This document shows positions 29,694 through 39,655 of a stretch of DNA of 64,000 bases, one piece after another. Made by a program: the position numbers and the translations under genes. The DNA lies in assembly GCA_963724095.1 (NCBI GenBank), contig CAVRTH010000019.1:536640-600639 (forward strand), in the 5' to 3' direction. The stretch's first letter is position 1. The number at the start of each line of letters is the position of its first letter. The notes below the pieces were generated by a model. The model did no database searches and was not told the origin of the DNA. It saw only the letters and a program-made list of their open reading frames with translations. Source of the DNA: an uncultured Chloroflexia bacterium (GTDB lineage: Bacteria; Chloroflexota; Limnocylindria; Limnocylindrales; CSP1-4).

Positions 29694-30713
29694 GTGGATC
29701 CGACGACGGAACGACAGTCGGGGACAGAGATCGACGCGCTGCGTCCGCATGCCCACGGAGGCCACGCGCGCCACGGCGGGCGCTTCCCCTCGATCGTCGA
29801 CGCCATCGGCTTCACGCCGCTGGTCGAGGTGCCCAACGTCTGCCCCAACCCCAACGTGCGGCTGTACGTGAAGCTCGAGTTCATGAACCCGACCGGGTCC
29901 GTCAAGGACCGCGTGGCCAAGTACCTCATGGAGGACCTGGAGGCTTCCGGTCGCCTCCAGCCCGACTCCATCATCATCGAGCCCACCAGCGGCAATACCG
30001 GCATCGGCTTGGCCATGATCGCGCGCCGCAAGGGTTACCGCGTGGCCGTGGTGGTGCCGGACAACGTGACCATGGAGCGGCGCCAGCTGCTGGCGCTCTT
30101 CGGTGCGGAGGTCATCGATTCGCCCGGACAACTGGGCTCCAACGGGGCGGTGGCCCTGGCCAAGCACCTCGTTGAGAAGGACAGCCGCTTCGTCATGCCG
30201 TACCAGTACGGCAACCCTGCCAACCCGCGGGCCCACGAGGAGACGACCGCCGAGGAGATCATCGCCGACTGTCCCGAGGTAGACGCGTTCGTGGCCGGGC
30301 TGGGCACCGGCGGGACGCTCATGGGCGTGGGCCGTCGCCTGCGGCGACACAACCCCGACGTGCGCATCTATGCGGCCGAGCCACTGCCCGGCGAGCGGCT
30401 ACAGGGACTGCGCTCGCTCGACGAGGGCTTCATCCCCGAGATCTTCGACCCCACCGCCATCGACGGCAAGTTCCTGGTCTCCAACACCGACGCCATCGGG
30501 TCGCTCCGTGAACTCACCGAGAAAGAGGGCATCTTCGCCGGCGTCTCCTGCGGCGCGGTGATGGTGGCCGCCAAGCAGCTGGCACGGGAGATGGAACGGG
30601 GCACCATCGTGGCGCTGCTGGCCGACGGCGGCTGGAAGTACCTCAGCGAGGATATCTGGACGCGCGACCTCGATGCCGACGAGGACGAGATCGACAGCCT
30701 GAACCTGTGGTGA
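29694..30713 (+). CDS. cysM: PLP-dependent cysteine synthase (CysM, O-phosphoserine/thiocarboxylate-dependent type)
   Basis: PTGSVKDRVAKYLMED, EPTSGNTGIGLAM, LYQYGNPANP; collinear with CysM of the mycobacterial mec-cysO-cysM locus. Start probably downstream of 29694. Confidence 0.85.
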   Translation: MDPTTERQSGTEIDALRPHAHGGHARHGGRFPSIVDAIGFTPLVEVPNVCPNPNVRLYVKLEFMNPTGSVKDRVAKYLMEDLEASGRLQPDSIIIEPTSGNTGIGLAMIARRKGYRVAVVVPDNVTMERRQLLALFGAEVIDSPGQLGSNGAVALAKHLVEKDSRFVMPYQYGNPANPRAHEETTAEEIIADCPEVDAFVAGLGTGGTLMGVGRRLRRHNPDVRIYAAEPLPGERLQGLRSLDEGFIPEIFDPTAIDGKFLVSNTDAIGSLRELTEKEGIFAGVSCGAVMVAAKQLAREMERGTIVALLADGGWKYLSEDIWTRDLDADEDEIDSLNLW

Positions 30714-31291
30714 ACGACGAGCGGGATAGGGATCGCGCAGCGGAGGTCCTGTCCTCAGCCGATGAGCCGGCCGTGGCCGGGGACAGCGCGGTCGTGCCCG
30801 ACGTCGCAGCCTGGCAGCGGGCCGCTGCCAGTGGCGCTTCGTCCGGCGGGCGGGGCGGGCGTGCGCCCTGGGTCCCGGCATCGGCGTCGCTCCCGCCGTC
30901 GATCCGCGGCGAGCTTGTCGACTGGCTACGCGGGGCGCTGCCCAACGAGGGCTGTGGTGTGCTCGTCTCCAACCGCACCGCCGAGGACGGTGGCGTGCCC
31001 TCACGTTTCGTGAGCCTGCGCAACGTCGCCGCCTCGCCCTACCGCTACCTCATGGATAGTGGAGAGCTGCTACGGGTGATGCTCGAGATCGACGACGCCG
31101 ACGAGGTGGTGTGGGGCATCGTCCACTCACACGTGGCCTCTCCGCCATACCCATCGCCGACCGACATCGGCCTTGCCGCCTATCCCGATGCGGTCTATGT
31201 GCTGGCGTCCTTCGCGGCCGAGCCGCCGGAGGTTCGGGCCTGGACCATCGTGGAAGGCTCCGTCAACGAGGTGGTCCTGGAGCGGACATAG
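30707..31291 (+). CDS. mec: JAMM/MPN+ metalloprotease (Mec+-like CysO deconjugase)
   Basis: JAMM motif HSHVASPPYPSPTD (HxHx7Sx2D) plus an upstream Glu; start probably later than 30707. Confidence 0.75.
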   Translation: MVNDERDRDRAAEVLSSADEPAVAGDSAVVPDVAAWQRAAASGASSGGRGGRAPWVPASASLPPSIRGELVDWLRGALPNEGCGVLVSNRTAEDGGVPSRFVSLRNVAASPYRYLMDSGELLRVMLEIDDADEVVWGIVHSHVASPPYPSPTDIGLAAYPDAVYVLASFAAEPPEVRAWTIVEGSVNEVVLERT

Positions 31292-31353
31292 CTCGACGTT
31301 CTCAGCCGGGGACGTCGTACACTCCTGGTCTAGTCCACAGTGGAGGGCAACAC

Positions 31354-31848
31354 ATGGGTCAACTCCTGGTCATCACTTTCGGCGCGCGTGAGACCGCCGG
31401 CCAGGCGGCCGAACGGCTCAAGGGCCTCAGTAAGGCGCACGCGGCCAACATCGAGGACATGGCTGTCGTGGAGAAGGACGCCGACGGCAAGATCCATGTC
31501 CACCACGGTGTCGACTCCACTACCGCGAGCGGCGCCATCATCGGTGGCGCGCTAGGGCTGCTCATCGGGCTTGTCTTCTTCCCCATCGGGGGTTTGGCGA
31601 TCGGCGCCGCTGCCGGTGGCTTCATCGGCCGCGCCTTCCATCACAACGTCGACAAGCGCTTGGTGAAGGACGTCACCGAGGACCTGTCCGAGAACACGTC
31701 GGCGCTCTTCGTGCTCGGCAGCGCAGCCTCTCCGTCAGCTGTCGTGGGTGCTCTCGAGCCCTTCCACGGCAAGGTGTACCAGACGACACTCGATCCCGAG
31801 ACCGAGGCGCAGATCCAAGCCGCCCTCGACCGCGAGCCGAAGGACTAG
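31354..31848 (+). CDS. DUF1269-family membrane protein
   Basis: GGAGGG SD 6 nt upstream. Gly-rich TM pair (GAIIGGALGLLIGLVFFPIGGLAIGAAAGGFIG) typical of DUF1269. Confidence 0.55.
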   Translation: MGQLLVITFGARETAGQAAERLKGLSKAHAANIEDMAVVEKDADGKIHVHHGVDSTTASGAIIGGALGLLIGLVFFPIGGLAIGAAAGGFIGRAFHHNVDKRLVKDVTEDLSENTSALFVLGSAASPSAVVGALEPFHGKVYQTTLDPETEAQIQAALDREPKD

Positions 31849-31948
31849 TCACTCGCCTCGCACGCGATGCCCAAGCTTACCGCCGCGACCGTCGGTCGGG
31901 GCTGGATCCTCGGCGGGAGGAACCGACCGCTGGTGCTGCTCGCGAGGC

Positions 31949-32777
31949 CTACTCCCCGCCGGGCGTTCCCGGCGGCAGTTCGAAGAGCGCGACATCGCAC
32001 TGGTAAGCCCGTAGCAGCGTGAAGATGTAGCCCATGCGCTCGTGGTAGGACTCCCAGTCGGGCGCATCGCTATGCACCACCGAGTCGTGATCCTGTCCGA
32101 AGCGATCTGCCAGTTCGATGAGCTCCGGGTCGTGCAAGGTCTGCAAGTCGGTCGGGAAGTCGCGCCCATCGAGGTAGGTTGGCCGAGGCACGTCCTCGTC
32201 AAGCTGCACGACCCCGTCGGGGAGGTGCAGGCCAAGGTGGCTGGTCGCCACCACCGCCAGGATCGAGCCGCCCGGGATGGCAGCCTTGATGAACGGATCG
32301 GCCACCATCTGTTCGTGCGCGCCCACCGAGACGTCGGCCACGAGCATGCGCTGGGCGCGGCACGCTTGCGCTGACCGGTCGGGGCGAGCGGGTGCGGCCA
32401 GCAAGAGGGCATCGGCATAGCTGCGAAACGCCTGGCGCAGGTCCATGCTCGCTGCGATCTGCGGGTCCTGGTACAGGCGCCACGTCACCGAACACCGCCG
32501 CGTTGCCGGCTGCGACGGCGGCACGGACGTCATCGATGAGCAGTCGTCTCAGCGGTCTGGAGATGGAGGCACCGAGCATCGAGCGTCGTGCCTCGGAACT
32601 GGCCCACTGGCCGAAGGTCAGCCAGTTGACGTGCTCGCGACCGAGGATCGCCGCCATCGCCTCGGAAAGCGCGTGATAGCCGCGTGTGATGGCGGCGTTG
32701 CGGGCCAGCTCGTCCTCCATCGCGAGGATGGTGCCGATGTCCTCGAGGCGCAGCCCGGTCGCTGGTCGGTCGTTCAT
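31949..32777 (-). CDS. hypothetical protein, apparent frame break near 32450-32530
   Basis: N-terminus MNDRPATGLRLEDIGTILAMEDELARNAAITRGYHALSEAM (frame of ORF 32199-33092) continues in ORF 31949-32533 (…AIPGGSILAVVATSHLGLHLPDG…); no family assigned. Confidence 0.35.
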
Positions 32778-32799
32778 CTTCCCTGCGGTGCGGGCCGAG

Positions 32800-33246
32800 C
32801 TACTCCTCGCCGATGTCCTCGTTCCAGACATCTGGGTAGCGCGCGATGAACTCGGCCATGAGTGTCTTGCACTCGGGCGAATCCAGGTTGACGACCTCCA
32901 CGCCGCGTGAGCGCAGGTAGTCTTCGCCGCCCATGAAGGTCTCGTTCTCGCCGATGACGACGCGCGGGATGCCGTAGAGCAAGATGGCGCCTGTGCACAT
33001 GTCGCAGGGAGAGAGTGTGGTGTACATGGTGGCGCGCCTGTAGACCGATGCGTGCAGGCGGCCGATGTTCTCGAGGCAGTCGGTCTCACCATGGCGGATG
33101 ACGCTGCCCTGCTGCACGCGGCGGTTGTGGCCGGAGCCCAGCACCTTGCCCTCGGCCACGAGAGCCGCGCCCACCGGCACGCCTCCTTCGGCCAGCCCCT
33201 GTGCCCCCTCGTCGATGGCGATCTTCATGAATGCCCCGTCGTCCAT
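32800..33246 (-). CDS. cytosine deaminase, yeast FCY1-type (CDA fold)
   Basis: HGETDCLEN (H-x-E) and SPCDMCTGAI (PCxxC) zinc motifs, with end-to-end similarity to FCY1-like deaminases. Confidence 0.8.
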   Translation of the reverse strand: MDDGAFMKIAIDEGAQGLAEGGVPVGAALVAEGKVLGSGHNRRVQQGSVIRHGETDCLENIGRLHASVYRRATMYTTLSPCDMCTGAILLYGIPRVVIGENETFMGGEDYLRSRGVEVVNLDSPECKTLMAEFIARYPDVWNEDIGEE

Positions 33247-33271
33247 GTCTCCTCCTCTGTGTGTTGCTCGC

Positions 33272-34186
33272 TCAGGATCGTCGGTACGGTCGTAGATAGG
33301 CGCCTGGATAGGGCACGTTGCGGCCCGACAGCGCCAGCGCCACGATCACGATGACGTACGGCAGCGCCAGCATGATCTCGTTGGGGATGCCCTCGAAGCC
33401 GGGCGTGATATGCAGCCGCAGGCCCAGCGAGTAGACGGCGGCGAAGACGAGAGCGCCCAGCACGCCACGGAAGATACGCCAGCGGCCGAAGATGACCAGG
33501 GCGATGACCACCCAGCCGCGGCCGGCGATGATGTCGAGCGTGAACGTGCCCAGCATGGCCAGCGTGATGAAGGCGCCACCGACAGCCATCAAGGCGCCGC
33601 CGATCATGAGCGCGATGTAGCGGATGCGGAAGACGTTGATGCCGGCCACGTCCGCCGCCTCTGGGTTCTCGCCCACCGCGCGGATGGACAGACCCAGCGG
33701 CGTCTTCATCAGCACCCACCAGGCAACCGGGGCCACCACCAGGAAGGCCAGGTAGGTCAAGCCGTATTGATGGGCGATGGTGCCGAGGGGGCCCAGTCCG
33801 GCCAGTGGGTCCCACAATGGCATGGGTTCGATGCGCGCCAGTGCGCCACCGCTGAACATCAAGCGGTTGGTGAACTCGCTGATGCCGATGAGCACGATCG
33901 TCAACCCCAAGCCGCTGACGTGCTGGTTGGCGCCCAGTGTCACCGTCAGCGATCCCATCAGGGCCCCGGCGATGAGTCCGACCACGATGGCGCCCAGCAG
34001 GCCCAGCAGAGGATCGCCGGTGTAGTAGGCGGTGGCAAACCCGAAGAAGGCGCCCGCGTACATCGTGCCCTCGATCCCCAGGTTCAGGATGCCGGCGCGC
34101 TCGGTGTAGGTCTCACCCACCGTGCCGTAGACCAGCGGCGTAGCGTTGCGGAAGGTGGCGGCGATGATGTCGGCGAAGAACGTCAT
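33272..34186 (-). CDS. ABC transporter permease (BMP-family nucleoside uptake, NupC/YufQ-like)
   Basis: 304 aa with about 8 TM segments; overlaps the upstream permease by 4 nt. Confidence 0.75.
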   Translation of the reverse strand: MTFFADIIAATFRNATPLVYGTVGETYTERAGILNLGIEGTMYAGAFFGFATAYYTGDPLLGLLGAIVVGLIAGALMGSLTVTLGANQHVSGLGLTIVLIGISEFTNRLMFSGGALARIEPMPLWDPLAGLGPLGTIAHQYGLTYLAFLVVAPVAWWVLMKTPLGLSIRAVGENPEAADVAGINVFRIRYIALMIGGALMAVGGAFITLAMLGTFTLDIIAGRGWVVIALVIFGRWRIFRGVLGALVFAAVYSLGLRLHITPGFEGIPNEIMLALPYVIVIVALALSGRNVPYPGAYLRPYRRS

Positions 34187-35331
34187 GTGGGTGACGTCTC
34201 CGACGGCGGCAATCCCTCGGGCTCACCGGGTGAGGGTTCACCCTCGTCCGGCGGCCGTTCATCCTCGCGGCTGGCGCGCCAGCGATAGATGGCCACGGCG
34301 CCGATGACGACAAGCAGCATGGTGCCCTGCACCACGTCGCCCAGCTGACTGGGGATCTGCAGGCTGCGCACGGCGGACGAGGCACCAACGCTCACGTCGC
34401 CGAGCAGCAAGCCCGCCAGCAACACGCCAGGCATGGTCAGCCCGCCCAGCATGGCCACCACGATGCCGGTGTAGCCGAAGCCGGGCGAGACGCCCTCGGT
34501 CAATCGGAACTGGATGCCGGCTACCTCTGACACGCCAGCGATACCGGCGATGGCGCCGCTGACGAGAGCCACGCGCAGCAGCGTCCGCTCGACCTTGACG
34601 CCGGCGAAGCGCGCTCCGTGTGGAGAGAGCCCCACCGCGCGCACGCGGAGGCCCGTGGCCGTGCGGCTGAGGACGTACCAGGCGATGACGATGAGCACGA
34701 TGCCGATGACGAAGCCGAGGTGCAGGCGGGACTTGCCGATGAGCGGGATGAACTCCGAGAGCGCCGGGAACTCGGCTGCCTGTGCGATCCGCGGTGACTC
34801 CGGGAACCCGGTTTCGGGATTCTTCCATGGCCCGTGGAGCAGCGCCTGTACGATGAGCAACGCGACCGGATTGAGCAGTAGCGTGGTCACGACCTCATCG
34901 ATCCCCAATCGCACCCGCAACAGCGCCGGCACCAGTGCCCACGCGGCACCGGCCAGCGCGCCGGCGGCGATCATGGCTGGCAGCACTAGCAGCGCCGGCC
35001 AGCCTTCGACCACCTGGCCGATGCCGGCGGCGGCCACAGCGCCCATCAACAGCTGACCCTCGACGCCGATGTTCCAGTAGCCGGCGCGGAAGGCGATGGC
35101 CACCGCGGTGCCCGTCAAGAGGATGGGGGTGGCCTTGTTGAGCACCTCCAACAGCGTGAACTCTCGCGTCAGCGGCGCGACGAAGTAGGCGTAGTAGGCA
35201 TCGAGCGGGTTGGCACCCGCGATGACGAAGGCCCCGCCGGTGACGGCGAGGATGGCGACGATGGCGCCGACCGCGATCACGCCCGCCCGGCCCAGGCGAG
35301 TCTCGACCACGCGTCGCGCCTCGAGCGTCAT
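34183..35331 (-). CDS. ABC transporter permease (BMP-family nucleoside uptake, NupB/YufP-like)
   Basis: 382 aa polytopic membrane protein; overlaps the ATPase stop. Confidence 0.75.
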   Translation of the reverse strand: MTLEARRVVETRLGRAGVIAVGAIVAILAVTGGAFVIAGANPLDAYYAYFVAPLTREFTLLEVLNKATPILLTGTAVAIAFRAGYWNIGVEGQLLMGAVAAAGIGQVVEGWPALLVLPAMIAAGALAGAAWALVPALLRVRLGIDEVVTTLLLNPVALLIVQALLHGPWKNPETGFPESPRIAQAAEFPALSEFIPLIGKSRLHLGFVIGIVLIVIAWYVLSRTATGLRVRAVGLSPHGARFAGVKVERTLLRVALVSGAIAGIAGVSEVAGIQFRLTEGVSPGFGYTGIVVAMLGGLTMPGVLLAGLLLGDVSVGASSAVRSLQIPSQLGDVVQGTMLLVVIGAVAIYRWRASREDERPPDEGEPSPGEPEGLPPSETSPT

Positions 35332-36881
35332 CGCGCGCTCCCGAGCCCGAACGCGCCAGGATCGTCTGCGGCCTGGCCGCGGCCAGCCATCAGCATGCCC
35401 AATCGCTCGCGATCTGCATCGGCCGCATCAAGCCGGCCCACCACGCGTCCCTCGTACAGCACGACGATGCGGTCGGACAGGCCCACCAGCTCGTCGAGGT
35501 CTTCCGACATGAGCAAGATCGCCGCGCCCTTGCTGCGCCGCGCCAGCAGCTCCGCGCGAACGTACTCGCTGGCACCGACGTCGAGACCGCGGGTAGGCTG
35601 CGAGACGATGATGACGTGCGGTTCACGCGACAGCACGCGTGCCAGCAACACTTTCTGGATGTTGCCGCCGGAGAGCGTGGCCACCCGATCGCTGGGTCGC
35701 GCCTTGATCTGGTAGCGCTCGATGAGATCGATGGCGTGGGCCTCGATGGCCTTGCCGTCGAGCCGGCCGCCCGGAGCGAAGTCGTCGATGTGCTCCATGA
35801 TGAAGTTGAGCGAAACCGGCAGGTCCAGCACCAGGCTGGCGTGGCGGTCTTCCGGGATGCGACCAACGCCGGCGGCCATCACGTCCTGGGGACCACTGTT
35901 GGCCAGTTCCCGGCCTTCGACGGCGATGCTCCCGTTCGTCACTCGACGCATGCCGCTCAGCACCTCGGCCAGCTCGGTCTGGCCATTGCCGCTGACTCCG
36001 GCCACCCCCACGATCTCGCCGGCGTGGACCTCCAGGTCGATGTCGTGCAGCGCTGCCAGGCCGTGGGCGCCACGTGCCGAGACGCTGCGTACCTGCAGGC
36101 GTGCCTCGCCGTCATGCCAGAGTGGCTCCTGGCGCTCGACGCCGAAGGTCGGCCGGCCCACCATCATGCGGGCCAGCTCGCGCTCGTCGGTATCGCCTGC
36201 TGCCGTACCAACCATGCGACCCTGCCGCATCACGCTGACGCGGTCGCTGATGGCGCGGACCTCACCCAACTTGTGGCTGATGAAGACGACCGACAGGCCG
36301 TCCTCGACGAGGCGGCGCAGCGTTTCGAAGAGTGCCTCCACCTCCTGCGGCACGAGCACCGCGGTGGGTTCGTCCAGGATCAGCACCCGGCAGTCACGCG
36401 CGAGGGCCTTGACGATCTCGACACGTTGCTGCTCGCCGACCGACAGTTCCTGCACCAGCGCATCCGGTCGCACCGCGATGCCGAAGCGGTCGGCAGCTTC
36501 CTCCACCGATGCTCGTGCGGCAGTGAGGTCGAGCCGCACGCCGGACGCGCGACCGAGGACGACGTTCTCGGTAACGGTCATCGGCTGCACGAGGCTGAAG
36601 TGCTGGGTGACCATGCCGATGCCGACCGCGATGGCGTCGCGAGGGGAGTGGATGGCGACAGTAGCGCCGTCGACCGCGATGCTGCCCGCATCGGCGCTGG
36701 TGAGCCCGTACAGGATGCGCATCAGCGTCGTCTTGCCGGCGCCGTTCTCGCCGAGGAGGGCGTGGACCTCACCCCTGGTCAGGGCAAGGTCCACCGTGTC
36801 ATTGGCGACGAGGTCGCCGAAGCGCTTGGTGATGCCACATAGCTCGGCGGCCAGGTCGCCCTGGCCGCCGGCAGTGGTCAC
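35328..36881 (-). CDS. tandem-domain ABC ATPase (RbsA/NupA-like)
   Basis: Two Walker A sites (GENGAGKTT, GVSGNGQT) and two LSGGxQ signatures. Confidence 0.85.
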   Translation of the reverse strand: MTTAGGQGDLAAELCGITKRFGDLVANDTVDLALTRGEVHALLGENGAGKTTLMRILYGLTSADAGSIAVDGATVAIHSPRDAIAVGIGMVTQHFSLVQPMTVTENVVLGRASGVRLDLTAARASVEEAADRFGIAVRPDALVQELSVGEQQRVEIVKALARDCRVLILDEPTAVLVPQEVEALFETLRRLVEDGLSVVFISHKLGEVRAISDRVSVMRQGRMVGTAAGDTDERELARMMVGRPTFGVERQEPLWHDGEARLQVRSVSARGAHGLAALHDIDLEVHAGEIVGVAGVSGNGQTELAEVLSGMRRVTNGSIAVEGRELANSGPQDVMAAGVGRIPEDRHASLVLDLPVSLNFIMEHIDDFAPGGRLDGKAIEAHAIDLIERYQIKARPSDRVATLSGGNIQKVLLARVLSREPHVIIVSQPTRGLDVGASEYVRAELLARRSKGAAILLMSEDLDELVGLSDRIVVLYEGRVVGRLDAADADRERLGMLMAGRGQAADDPGAFGLGSAR

Positions 36882-36903
36882 GCTGAGATACCGAAGAGGC
36901 CGG

Positions 36904-37911
36904 CTACTCGAGGATGACGGACCCCGCCGGGGTGGCCTCGTTGATGTCGACGCGGAAGAGGCCGGAGACGATCTCCGCTTCCTTGGCCATGACGGTGTCG
37001 AGCAACTCCGTGGGCACGAGGTCCGCGTTGATGGTCGCCAGCGCGGCGCCGCCCTTGCCGACCATGCTGAAGTCCTTGAGGTCCTGGGCGGTATAGGTGC
37101 CGCCGGCGACCTGGTCGATGATGTACTGGGCGGTGGGAGCCATGTTCCAGGTCACGCTGGTGACGACGGCTTCGGGCGCCAGCTCGGACTGATCGCTCAT
37201 GTTGCCGATGGCCAGTACGCCCTTCTCCTGCGCCGCTTCGATGACGCCGTAGCGCTCGGCGTAGAGCACGTCTGCACCGGCGTCGATCTGTGCCAACGCC
37301 GCCTCCTTGGCCGCGGCCGGGTCGAACCAGCTGTTGATGAAGCTGACCTTGGCTTCCACCTCGGGGTTCGTCGCCTGGGCGCCGGCGATGAAGGCGTTGG
37401 TGATGCGGTTGACTTCGGGCACAGGAACGCCACCGACGACACCCACGACGCCCGTCTCGGTCAGTCCGCCGGCGAGCATGCCGGCGAGGTACGCGGGCTC
37501 ATGGATCCAGTTGTCGAAGACGCTGAAGTTGGGATCGGCTGGGCCACCGCCGGAGCCGAAGACGAAGGCGATGTCGGGATAGTCGGCCGCGACCGCGCGC
37601 ACCGCTTCCTCGTTGCCGAAGGCGTCACCGAAGATGATGTCGGGCTGCTCGATCTCCGCCACATCGCGCAGCGTCAGTTCCATGTCGCCGGCGTAGCCGA
37701 TGTCATCGGCGAAGTTGTAGTCGATGAGGCCGGCTTCAGCCTCGGCCTTGAGCGCGGCGTGGATGACGCCATCCCACGGCTCTTCGATCTGGGTGGCATA
37801 AGCGCCGAAGACCTTGAGGGGTTCATCCTGCGCGGTGACTGCGGCCCCGCCTGCGGTCACACTGAGTACCAGCAGCGCGCTGGCTGCGAGCATGGGGCGA
37901 CGCCCGTTCAT
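36904..37911 (-). CDS. BMP-family (PnrA/Med-like) ABC substrate-binding lipoprotein
   Basis: Signal peptide MNGRRPMLAASALLVLSVTAGGAA and a BMP-family body (IIFGDAFGNEEAV, GVVGGVPVPEV). Confidence 0.85.
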   Translation of the reverse strand: MNGRRPMLAASALLVLSVTAGGAAVTAQDEPLKVFGAYATQIEEPWDGVIHAALKAEAEAGLIDYNFADDIGYAGDMELTLRDVAEIEQPDIIFGDAFGNEEAVRAVAADYPDIAFVFGSGGGPADPNFSVFDNWIHEPAYLAGMLAGGLTETGVVGVVGGVPVPEVNRITNAFIAGAQATNPEVEAKVSFINSWFDPAAAKEAALAQIDAGADVLYAERYGVIEAAQEKGVLAIGNMSDQSELAPEAVVTSVTWNMAPTAQYIIDQVAGGTYTAQDLKDFSMVGKGGAALATINADLVPTELLDTVMAKEAEIVSGLFRVDINEATPAGSVILE

Positions 37912-38012
37912 TCGATACGTACCTCCCTGGTGCCGGCGACAGGCGCACCCGGGCGGGCGACGTCCCGGCCTCTCTGGCTCGCGGCATCGTACATGTAGTC
38001 ACGCTAGCGCGG

Positions 38013-38855
38013 TCAAGTGGCCTCGCGGTTGCGATGTGGGGACGTTCCACGCCGATGGTCGATCGACGCCACTAACGATTCCTCGGATGGCGTCGATCCC
38101 AGGCCCAGGCGCGCGCCGATGACCGCGGCCGCCGGCGGCTCGAGGCCAGCCGCTCGGAGGTGTGGCCAGGCGGCCTCGGCGAAGACCTCCGCGGGGCTAC
38201 CATCGATGATGACGCGGCCGGCATCGAGCAGGACCACGCGCTCGAACGTCTCGGCCACGAAGCGCATGTCGTGGCTGATGGCGATGACCGTGCGTCCAGC
38301 CGCATGCAGCTGGCCGACCAGCGCTTCGACCACTGCCCGGCCACGCGCGTCGAGACCCGTCGTAGGCTCGTCGAGCACCAGCACCGGCGTCTCCATCGCC
38401 AGCACCGAAGCGATGCTCAGGAGCTTCCTGGCACTCTCGCCAAGGTCGTCCGGGTGGCTGTTCACAGCGTCGGCCAGGCCCACCGCCGTGAGCGCGTCGA
38501 TGACCCGCCCGCCGACCTCTTCGTCGGGCACGCCCAGGTGGCGTGGGCCGTAGGCGACTTCCTCGAAGGTGTCATGGCCGAAGATCTGCCGCTCGGGATG
38601 CTGGAAACAGAGGCCCACCACGTGTGCCAGCTGTGCCACTCGCCAGCCGGCGACATCCTCACCATCGAGGAGCAGCCGGCCCCGATCTGGCCGCAGCAGT
38701 CCGACCAGGTGGCGCGCCAGCGTGGTCTTGCCGCTGCCGTTGGCGCCGATCAGCGCCAGCGACTGTCCCGCCGGGATCGCCAGGTCGATGCCTGCCAGTG
38801 CCCCCACGCCGTCCGGGTAGGCGAAGGCGACCCCGTCCAGGCGAAGGTCGGTCAT
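38013..38855 (-). CDS. ecfA: ECF transporter ATPase EcfA
   Basis: GANGSGKTT, Q-loop, LSGGQ-like ESARKL and DEPT; overlaps the upstream ATPase. Confidence 0.8.
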   Translation of the reverse strand: MTDLRLDGVAFAYPDGVGALAGIDLAIPAGQSLALIGANGSGKTTLARHLVGLLRPDRGRLLLDGEDVAGWRVAQLAHVVGLCFQHPERQIFGHDTFEEVAYGPRHLGVPDEEVGGRVIDALTAVGLADAVNSHPDDLGESARKLLSIASVLAMETPVLVLDEPTTGLDARGRAVVEALVGQLHAAGRTVIAISHDMRFVAETFERVVLLDAGRVIIDGSPAEVFAEAAWPHLRAAGLEPPAAAVIGARLGLGSTPSEESLVASIDHRRGTSPHRNREAT

Positions 38856-39655
38856 GGGCGCGTCTCCAGCAGCATCGGGTCCAGCCCAGCCTCGGCCAGC
38901 CGGCGCCGCAGGCGCTGCTCAGGCAGGGCCTCGATCCCCAGCGCGGTCACGGCCGGGTCTCCCAGCACCTCCTCGACCGAGCCGTGCACGACGATATTGC
39001 CGGCCGCGACGACGACCAGGCTGTCAGCGATCTGCGCCAGCGCGTCCGTGCGCTGTTCAGCCAGCAGCACCGCGGCGCCGGCGGCTGCGATGGTGGCGAT
39101 CGCGTCGAGTACCCCACGCGTGCCGCGAGCGTCAAGATGGGCGACCGGCTCGTCGAGCACGAGCACTCGCGGCCGCATCGCCACCAGGCCGGCCAGCACC
39201 ACCAGTTGCTGCTGTCCGCCCGATAGCCGACGTGGATCTCGCCCGGCGAGTGCGCTGCTGCCCACCTGGCGCAAGGCCTCCTCGGCTCGTGCCACGACTT
39301 CGTCCCGCCCAAGGCCCAGGTTCGCCGGTCCAAAGGCCACTTCTTCCAGGACGGTATCCGCCACCAAAGTCAGTTGCCCAGCTGGATCCTGTAGACCGGT
39401 GGTGATGCGTTCTGCCACCCGATGCATCGGCCAGCGGGCGATGTCCTCTCCATCGAGACGCACGCTGCCGCTCAGCCGACCCCCGATGACGCGCGGAGCC
39501 AGGCCCCCGGCCACCAGGCACAGGCTGGACTTGCCGGCCTCCGCCGGACCCACCAGGCCGGTCACTTGCCCGTCAGGCACCTCGAGAGAGACCGCGTGCA
39601 GCCGGTCGCGGTCGCCGCCGGCGTAGCGGTAGGAGACCCCCTCCAGGCTCAGCAC
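38852..39655 (-). CDS. ecfA: ECF transporter ATPase EcfA' (GTG start overlapping the ecfT stop)
   Basis: VLSLEGVSYRYAGG, GPAEAGKSS, LSGGQQQLV, LDEPVAHLD. Confidence 0.75.
   Translation of the reverse strand: MLSLEGVSYRYAGGDRDRLHAVSLEVPDGQVTGLVGPAEAGKSSLCLVAGGLAPRVIGGRLSGSVRLDGEDIARWPMHRVAERITTGLQDPAGQLTLVADTVLEEVAFGPANLGLGRDEVVARAEEALRQVGSSALAGRDPRRLSGGQQQLVVLAGLVAMRPRVLVLDEPVAHLDARGTRGVLDAIATIAAAGAAVLLAEQRTDALAQIADSLVVVAAGNIVVHGSVEEVLGDPAVTALGIEALPEQRLRRRLAEAGLDPMLLETRP

Noticed and set aside
31949-32533. Creatininase-family assignment suggested by the HLGLHLPDG segment
   Set aside because: In creatininase-family proteins the HGPHLP motif lies about 35 residues from the N-terminus; here it would be at about 180 and the rest does not align. 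Left as hypothetical.
35616-37998. Two long plus-strand ORFs (408 and 758 aa) across the ABC ATPase and BMP lipoprotein genes
   Set aside because: Antisense to genes with clear Walker/signature motifs and a lipoprotein signal peptide; the translations are His/Arg/Asp-rich junk.
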